Part shown: positions 1-8,100 of the stretch, one piece after another
How positions within the stretch are numbered: position 1 is the first letter of the stretch
Layout of the letters: each line of letters starts with the position of its first letter
Source of the DNA: Candidatus Oxydemutator sp.
GTDB taxonomy: Bacteria; Pseudomonadota; Gammaproteobacteria; Poriferisulfidales; Oxydemutatoraceae
Direction: 5' to 3'
Length of the DNA: 64,000 nt
Assembly (NCBI GenBank): GCA_965203445.1
Contig: OZ241883.1
Coordinates: 1,184,001-1,248,000, forward strand
Notes under the pieces: generated by a model
What the model was told of the DNA's origin: nothing
Databases searched by the model: none
Seen by the model: only the letters and a program-made list of their open reading frames with translations
Made by a program: the position numbers and the translations under genes

Positions 1-2027
1 GTGTCGAGGCGCAGGCTGGTCTCTATCAACAGCGGCAGCGTGTAGCCGATGCCGACGGCGGCCGCGGTTTCCGGCGCCTCGTGCCGATCCTCGCGCTCTG
101 GGTTGACGCCGATCTGGAGGTTCAGGAAGCGCCCGACGTAACGCTTATAAAACAGTTCCGCCTCGTAGCCCCTGTCGTAGTCGTAGTCGTACTCCAGCTC
201 GATCTCGTTGCGCGTGTTCGACGCCACTACGTCGCCGACGATCATCCGGTGCAGCAGCGCGGTCTCGCTGCGCAGATACCATTCGTCGTCGTGCGCGATC
301 TTTTCTATCACGTCGCCCCCGGCGCTCGAGGAGTCCGCGTAGCTGATGACGCGCGCCATGCCCGTGTGCATGTGGTAAAGATTGTGGCAGTGGAAGAACC
401 AGTCCTTGTCCTCGTTGGCCGCGAACTCGATGGCGGTGGTGTCCATCCGCGCCACGTTGACGGTGTGCTTCAACGGGCTGTGTTCGCCCTGTCCGTTCAG
501 CACGCGGAAGAAATGTCCGTGCAGGTGCAGCGGGTGGTTCATCATCGTCTGGTTTTCGAGCACAAGGCGCACGTTTTCACCCTTGCGGATGCGGATGGTG
601 TCGGACTCGGAAAGAGTCTTGCCGTCGAACGACCAGACGTAGCGCTCCATGTTGCCGGTGAGCGCCAGGCGTATTTCCCTCGTGGGCGCGTCGGTGCCAA
701 GCGTAGTCGGGCTTCGCGCGCGCAGCGCCGAGTAATCGGTCATGTGCTCGATAACGCCGCCGTGTGCGTCGTGTCCGGCATGTGCGGCATGTGCGGCATG
801 CTCGGTGTGTCCGGCGTGCTCGGCGTGTCCGGTGTGTTTGCCGTGTGCAGTGTGTTTGCGATGTTTGGCGTCGTGATCGTGACGTTGCTCGAGGCGCGAA
901 GCCGCATCGTCGCCGTCGTGTGCGTCGCCGCCCTCATGACGCGCGTGGCTCATGCCGCCGTCGTGTGCGTCGCCGCCCCCGTGATGTGCGTGGTCCATCA
1001 GGTACGGGTTGGGGGCCGGCACCGCGGGCGCGTGCACGCGCTCACCCGCGCCGACGAAGGTGTTGCTGAAACCGGTGCCGTCTTCCGACGTCGCGCGCAG
1101 CGCGTAGGCGCGGCGTTCGGGAATCTCGACCAGCACGTCGTAGGTCTCGGCGATCGCGATACGCAGGCGCCGCACTTGGCGCGGCTCGACCGCAAGCCCG
1201 TCGGCGGCGATGATCGTCATCGCGCCGCCGGCAAACTCGACGTAAAAATAACTCGAGGCCGCGGCGTTGATCAGCCGCAGCCGCACGCGCTCGCCGGCGG
1301 CCGCCGCCAACGTCTGCTCCGGTTTGCCGTTGGCCAGAAACAGGTCGTAGCCGACGTCCGACACGTCCATCGGCCCCATCCGTATCCACGCCCCGTGCAC
1401 GCGGTTTTTGACCGCGTCCCAGCCGTGCGCCAGCACCTGATCCCACGACTGCACGGCGTTCTTCTTGCGCGCGTAATAATCGCCGTCCTGCTTCAGGTGG
1501 CGCAAAACCGCGTGCGGATGCTCGTCGGTCCAGTCGGACAGCACCACGACGTAGTCTCGTTGCGCTTCGAGATTCTCGCTCCCGACGCGAGGCTCGTGAT
1601 GGGACTTGTGATCGTGCCTGGGGTGGAACACCAGCGCGCCGTACACGCCGCGCTGCTCCTGCAAGCCGCTGTGCGAGTGATACCAGTAGGTGCCGGCGTG
1701 GGTCACCTCGTATTCGTAGGTGAACGAGGCGCCGGCGGCAATCGGCTGCGTCGTAAGCCACGGCACGCCGTCCTGGTCGTTCGGCAGCAGCACGCCGTGC
1801 CAGTGCACCGAACTTTCCTCGTCAAGCCTGTTGTGGAAGGTAACGCGCAGAACGTCGCCGACGGTCGCCTCGATGGTCGGCGCCGGAATCCGCCCGTCGA
1901 CCGCAAGCGCCCGCACGGGCTTGCCGGTGAAATCCACGGTTATCGCGTCTATGTCGAAGGCGTATTCGACCACGCGCGCTTGCGCACCGGTCGCCAGCAA
2001 CCCCGCCAGACACAGCACATGCGTCAC
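1..2027 (-). CDS. copA: Multicopper oxidase (CopA family) with His-rich linker and CopB-like C-terminal extension; partial, runs off the window start
   Basis: Translated by hand in the frame antisense to shadow ORF 81..2348. It shows a signal peptide (HVLCLAGLLATGAQA) and the copper motifs VHWHG, WYHSH, HPLHLHGH and WFFHCHNLYHM. There is no stop before position 1. The GTG start at 2027 is tentative. Confidence 0.88.
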   Translation of the reverse strand, partial: MTHVLCLAGLLATGAQARVVEYAFDIDAITVDFTGKPVRALAVDGRIPAPTIEATVGDVLRVTFHNRLDEESSVHWHGVLLPNDQDGVPWLTTQPIAAGASFTYEYEVTHAGTYWYHSHSGLQEQRGVYGALVFHPRHDHKSHHEPRVGSENLEAQRDYVVVLSDWTDEHPHAVLRHLKQDGDYYARKKNAVQSWDQVLAHGWDAVKNRVHGAWIRMGPMDVSDVGYDLFLANGKPEQTLAAAAGERVRLRLINAAASSYFYVEFAGGAMTIIAADGLAVEPRQVRRLRIAIAETYDVLVEIPERRAYALRATSEDGTGFSNTFVGAGERVHAPAVPAPNPYLMDHAHHGGGDAHDGGMSHARHEGGDAHDGDDAASRLEQRHDHDAKHRKHTAHGKHTGHAEHAGHTEHAAHAAHAGHDAHGGVIEHMTDYSALRARSPTTLGTDAPTREIRLALTGNMERYVWSFDGKTLSESDTIRIRKGENVRLVLENQTMMNHPLHLHGHFFRVLNGQGEHSPLKHTVNVARMDTTAIEFAANEDKDWFFHCHNLYHMHTGMARVISYADSSSAGGDVIEKIAHDDEWYLRSETALLHRMIVGDVVASNTRNEIELEYDYDYDRGYEAELFYKRYVGRFLNLQIGVNPEREDRHEAPETAAAVGIGYTLPLLIETSLRLD

Positions 2028-2145
2028 CCTCTCCCATGGGGGAGAGGGTTTGTTAAGGCGTTGAAACGAAAACAACGATACAGCTCCTCTGGGAGAGGGT
2101 TTGATGGGGCACCGGCCTGCGGCCATCCTCTCCCAGAGACAGAGG
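2027..2145. repeat. Palindromic REP-like repeats (CCCTCTCCC-n-GGGAGAGGG family)
   Basis: ccctctcccatgggggagaggg at 2027-2048, plus a degenerate pair at about 2087-2145 containing ccggcctgcggcca. Confidence 0.8.
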
Positions 2146-2152
2146 GTAGCGA

Positions 2153-5100
2153 CTACCGGCGCGTGCGGCGGCGTTGCAACAAGGCGGCCGAGGCGAGCAG
2201 CAGCAACGCCAGCGCGCCGGCCAGACCGAAACTGCCGCCGCCGCTTGGCGGTAACGGCGCATCCACCGCATCCACCAAACCCAGCGGGTCATCCACTATG
2301 CCGTTGACCGTCCCATCCTCGTCGTTCGGGCCGCCGTCCACTACGTAAATCACCAGGCATGCATCGTGCGCCTGCTTCTCGATTATTCCGTCGCCGGCTT
2401 TGCGGTAGCGATCACCCGCGTCGGGCGGGCACGCCCCGCCGTCGTCCAGCGGAGCAAAACCATAGTCGTTCGCTCCAGACGTGTCGAAGGGATCTTCCGA
2501 AGGCAACTTGACCGGAACCATGCCCGCCTCCCGATACAGGTTCGCCGGCAGTGGAATAATCACGCCCGCCGCACCGCCCGTCAGGTCGCCGTCGGTGCTT
2601 ATCGCCGCCACGTCCACCCCGTGTACCTCAAAATCATATATCACGCCGTAATCATATATCACGTCGTACGACGGATTCTCCAACGAGGACGCAGCGTAGT
2701 CGGAGTAGCCGAGCGCCAGCCCCGCCATGGCGCGCTCGCTCACTCTGGTTCGCGCACTCTCGCCTATGCGCAAACGATGCAGCGGCAACACCGGGCGCAT
2801 GTGGTGGGAACCGTCCGCACCCGCCATCGTGCCGGTAACGATCACCGGCAACACGGTACCGCCGCCGAAGTTATCCACCGCGTTCTCTATGCCGTCGCCG
2901 TCATCATCAGTCGCAGACAATATCGGCCACCCGTATTCCGACTCCACGCTGCTGCCGCCCGAGGACAGCGTCACCTGAAGCACCAGCGTCGCCGTCGTCG
3001 CGTCCGCCGCTATGCCGAAAGGCACCGTCACCACGTAGCCCGTCGTCGCGTACCAATTCGTCCCAAGCGCGCCCGTGGCCGTGGACGCAGCCTTCACGTC
3101 CACCACTTTCGCGGTGCCGTCCGCCGGCGCGCGCGCCGCTATGCGCAACGAGTAGCCGCTCTCGCCGACCCGCAAATCGGTGCGCGCCTCGCCGTTTCGC
3201 GTCAATTCGGCGGGCCCCAGCAACAACTCGGCCTGCGGCAACAACGACACCCGCGTCCCGGTCACCAGACCGAGCGAGTATTTGTCCGCCGTCAATTCGG
3301 ACAACCCGTCCGAAGGACGCCACAGCAGTTGCGGCGTTTCGTCTCCGGTATCCGCCCCGATGATCTCGTAGCGCGAGGCTTCCTCCGCGGAAGCGACCAC
3401 AATGCGGCCCGAAGTCGTCAACAGCGCCACGCGCTCCATCCCCGTGCCGGTCTCCGTCGTCACCATCAGGTGCAAGCGTGCGCCCGTCGCCGCCGCTCCG
3501 TCCTGCATCGCCTCGACCGCAACGCCGCCGCCCTTGCCTCTCGTGTACAAACGCTGCGACGCCATGTTCAGCTCGACCACGCGCCGCACGCTCTGCTGCG
3601 GCAGGCCGCTCGCCGTCGCCGTCGTGAAACGGTAGCCGGCCTCATTCGGCGCGAACCATCCGATCACGTGATCCACCCCGGCACGCATATTGCCGAAGTC
3701 CACCGTCGCGCAACCGCCCTCCGACAGAGGCGCGTCGTAGTTCGACGGAAAGTTCCCGTCGCAACCGTACGTCGCCGTCTCGCCGCCGCTGCTGTAGCCG
3801 AACGTGTTCGACAGGTAATACGCCCGCAAGCGCGTCGCCGTGGGCGTCACCATAACGCCGAGATGCTCCAGGGCACCGTTTGCGCGCACGCCCGAGTACG
3901 CCACGTGCGCGGTCGCCGCGACGCCCCGCGCCAACGTCACCGTCGGCACGTCGTCCGGCACCCCTTCGGCAGACAGCGGGTTGCTTCCCAACCTCGTCTC
4001 CAGTGCGTCCGCAATGCCGTCGCCGTCGCGGTCCCTTCTCGCATCGCGCGTCATCCGGCCAATCGCGCTCCGCAGCAGGTTGCGACCGCCGTCCGGCGCG
4101 GCTTCGCCACGCTCCAGCGCCAAATCGTATATGCCCGGATTCTCGCGGCCTGATCGGTAGCAGTAGCCGACCCAGACGTTGTCCTCGGTTCGCGCAAGCG
4201 GCCTCGCCAACTCGAGCACCACCGCCCGGGCGTCGTCGTAATACGCCCGCATAACGCCTATCGTCATCGCCGCCGAGTTGTCGGCGCACGGATCAACGCG
4301 CGATTGAAGGTTCAGGATTACGACGAAACCCTCGAACTCGGTGCCCGCGCCAAGACTCACGGAAGCGGTCGAATTGCGCGCGTTCTCCCGTTCACTCAGA
4401 ACCTTGACCTCCTCGGACAACGGCAGCCACAACCTGGACGAACCGGGCGCAAACGCGGGCGCATCCTCGCCAAACAGAAACTGCGGCGGTTCGGTGTCCG
4501 ACACGACGCCGGGCGGCGGCGAAACCATGCCGCGTTGACGCTCTACGGAAAAGCCGCCGTATTGCAGCGCCGGGTACTGCCCCGAAGTGCCGAAGTCCCA
4601 CGGATCGTCGTTGCCGTTCACGCCGGTCATGGTGCTGCCGTCCACGTCTATATTCCAGTTCGCGTAGATGCCGCCGTAGGTCGTCGGCGTCTGCAACGAC
4701 GCGGTGTCGGTGCCAATCGCGCCGCTGCCGGCGCTCTCGGCTTGGCCGCTGGCCTCGGTATCCCAGTAGGAGTCTTTATAGTTGTCGCCGCCGGACACAG
4801 TCTCACTCTGCCCGACCAGACCGCCCACCATAGCCGTGCCGGTGACTGCGCCCGCCGCGTAACTGGCTATGATCTTCTCCGCACCCGTCGCGTTGTTCTT
4901 TCCCACCAGACCGCCCGCCGACGAACCACCGCGAACGCGAACCCGCGCGTAGCTAGCCTTGATCCTGACGCCGCCCGAATTTCCCAGAGCACCCACCAGA
5001 CCGCCCACCTCCGACGTGCCGGCTACCGAACCTCCCGCCACGTAACTCGTCACCACCGTTCCAGTGCTGATGCTCCCCGTCAGCGCGCCAACCTGATTGC

Positions 5101-8100
5101 GCCCGCTTACGTCCGCGTCCACTATGCCGACGTTCCTTATGGCCGGCGTCTCTTCCGCAGTGTGATCGTCACTGTTCCTGAAACCAAAGTAACCAAACAG
5201 ACCGACGTGATCCTCGGTCGGGCGATGGATGAACAGATTTTCGATAACGTGGCCTTGGCCGTCGAAATCGGCGACAAAATTGTCGCTTTCAGTGCCTATC
5301 GGCTGCCAGCCCTCGGTGCTGCTGCTACGGCTCCAACGCGAAGCGCCCAGGTCCACGTCGGCAACCAGCGCGTAGCCGGTGCAGTTCGGGGCACAACCTG
5401 CGTCCGCAAACGCGGCACGCCAGGAGGCGCTGCTGGCCTCGGCGGGCGCGCCGTCGCCGTCCAGGTCCCAGCGCATCGCGTGCAACTGCGCGGGCGTGCG
5501 CACGGCTATCAGCGTCGCATCGTCCACTATCGTCACCATGAGCGCGCTCTTGTTCGGGTTTATAGTCACCCTCTCGGGAGCAGACGCCTCCGAAACAAAG
5601 CCCAAATTCACGGTGAACGTCTCCGCACCCTCGACGACGTCGTCATCGATCAAAGCCACGCTGCTACACGTGCTGTTGACGCTGCTGCCAAAGGGGCCTA
5701 TCACCGTGGCGGAAGACACGTAGTCGTCGCCCGCCACGGCGCTGCCGTCCGCCATACGCAACGCCAAACTGAAGTCACTTCTCTCTATCAGGCCATCAGT
5801 GCTCGGATCCGTGATCGCGACGCACACGGAAGCCGACAAATCAACGCCCTCGGTCACCGTCAGCGTGGTCTGCTCGAAACCGATTGTGATTTCGTCGTCT
5901 TCCCCTATTGCCACCTCCGCTACCGCGGGATTGATGGTGACTCTTTCCAGCGTCTGGCCCGGGGGCGCGGTCAAGTCCAGAAAAAAGCTCTCAGCGTCTT
6001 CACGTATCGCATCGTCCGTGATATCAATAGCGAAGCATTGACGCCGAGTCCTGTTCGAGAACGGTCCGACGTCTTGCTGATTGATCGAAACATAGTCGTT
6101 GGTGCCGGCGGTGCCCGGCCTCGTCGAGACCCTCAAACTGAACCGCCGATCCAGAGGCTGCGTACTCAACGGCGTGGTCGGAACCACGCATGCAGAAAAA
6201 CCACCACTGTCCTCTTCCGTGCTATAGGAGGCCCGTTGAAAACCGATTACAACCGGGTCGTCGTCCTCTATCGTCGCCGTCGCCATCTGCGTGGATTCCG
6301 AATAACCGGCGCTCACCAACTGCAACGGAATGGTCTTCGCTTCCTCCGGTATCACGTCGTCAACGATGCTTATTGTTACATCGGCTCGCGTGGCGCTCGA
6401 CGCATTCAATGAAAACACGACCGGCGACGTTGACAAGTCATAATAAAAAAACGTGTCGCCGCGGAAATTCATCAATAGCGTCGTGCCGTCGTCCAACGCC
6501 GTCACCATGCCGGTGACCGAAAAATCGCTTATCCTCAGCGCCTCGTCCGAAAGCCGCACCGTCACCGTGACGACAGCGCCGGAACTTTCCACCGCCGAAT
6601 ACATCGAACTGGAAAAAACCACCGGCGGCCCCGTCAACTCGACCGGCACCGCGCCGCGCTGCCGCGCGACCGAAAAACTGCTCGCCTGCAACACCGGATA
6701 CTGCATCGAAGTGCCGAAGTCCCACGGATCGTCGTTGCCGCCCACGCCGGTCTCGGTGCTGCCGTCCACGTCTATATTCCAGTTCGCGTAGATGCCGCTG
6801 TAGGTCGTCGGCGTCTGCAACGACGCGGTGTCGGTGCCAATCGCGCCGGTGCCGGCGCTTTCGGCCAAGCCGCTGGCCTCGGTATCCCAGTAGGAGTCTT
6901 TATAGTTGTCGCCGCCGGACACAGTCTCACTCTGCCCGACCAGACCGCCCACCATAGCCGTGCCGGTGACTGCGCCCGCCGCGTAACTGGCTATGATCTT
7001 TTCCGCACCCGTCGCGTTGTTCTTTCCCACCAGACCGCCCGCCGACGAACCACCGCGAACGCGAACCCGCGCGTAGCTGGCTTTGATCCTCACGCTGCCC
7101 GAATTTTCCAGGGCACCCACCAGACCACCCACCTCCGACGTGCCGGATACCGTGCCTCCCACCACGTAACTCGTCACTACCGTTCCAGTGCTGATGCTCC
7201 CCGTCAGCGCGCCAACCTGATTGCGCCCGCTTACGTCCGCGTCCACGATGCCGACGTTCCTTATAGCCGGCGTCTCTTCCGCAGTGTGATCGTCACTGTT
7301 CTTGAAACCAAAGTAACCGAACAGACCGACGTGATCCTCGGTCGGGCGATTGATGAACAGGTTTTCGACAACGTGGCCTTGGCCGTCGAAATCGGCGACA
7401 AAATTGTCGCTTTCAGTGCCTATCGGCCGCCAGCCCTCGGTGCTGCTGCTGCGGCTCCAACGCGAAGCGCCCAAATCTATATCGGCATCCAGCGCGTAGC
7501 CGACGCAGTTCGGGGCACAACCTGCGTCCGGAAACGCGGCACGCCAGGAGGCGCTGCTGGCCTCGGCGGGCACGCCGTCGCCGTCCAGGTCCCAGCGCAT
7601 CGCGTGCAACTGCGCGGGCGTACGCACGGCTATCAACGTCGGAGCGTCGTTGTCCTCTATCGTCACCGTCAGCGTGTTGCTGGCCGCTGCAAACTGCAAC
7701 GTCGAACTGATGGTGAAAGTCTCATCGCTCTCGACCACGGCATCGTCCACCGTGGGCACCGAAGTGCAGGTGCGGCCGCGCACCGGGTCGGGCTGGACGG
7801 TGATGGAGCGAATACCGGAACCGCCGCGGTCATAGTCGCCGGGATGTTCGGCGCTGCCGTCCGCCACCGTCAGCTGGGCTACGAACAACGGACTGGTGAA
7901 CCCTATGTCCGACACCACACAAGCCGTGACCGGCTCACCTTCGCGCAGCCGCAGGCTTGATCGCTCGAAGCCGAAGGAGACCACGTCGTCGTCTCGGATG
8001 ATCACCTGCGTCTGCTGAACGGTGCCCTTCTCCACCGCCCTCGGCAAATCGCGGAAGTTCACCGTGAAGGCCTCGTTGTTCTCCTGCACCCTGTCGTTCA

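Noticed and set aside
81-2348. 755-aa plus-strand ORF
   Set aside because: Exact antisense shadow of copA, with no recognisable motifs.
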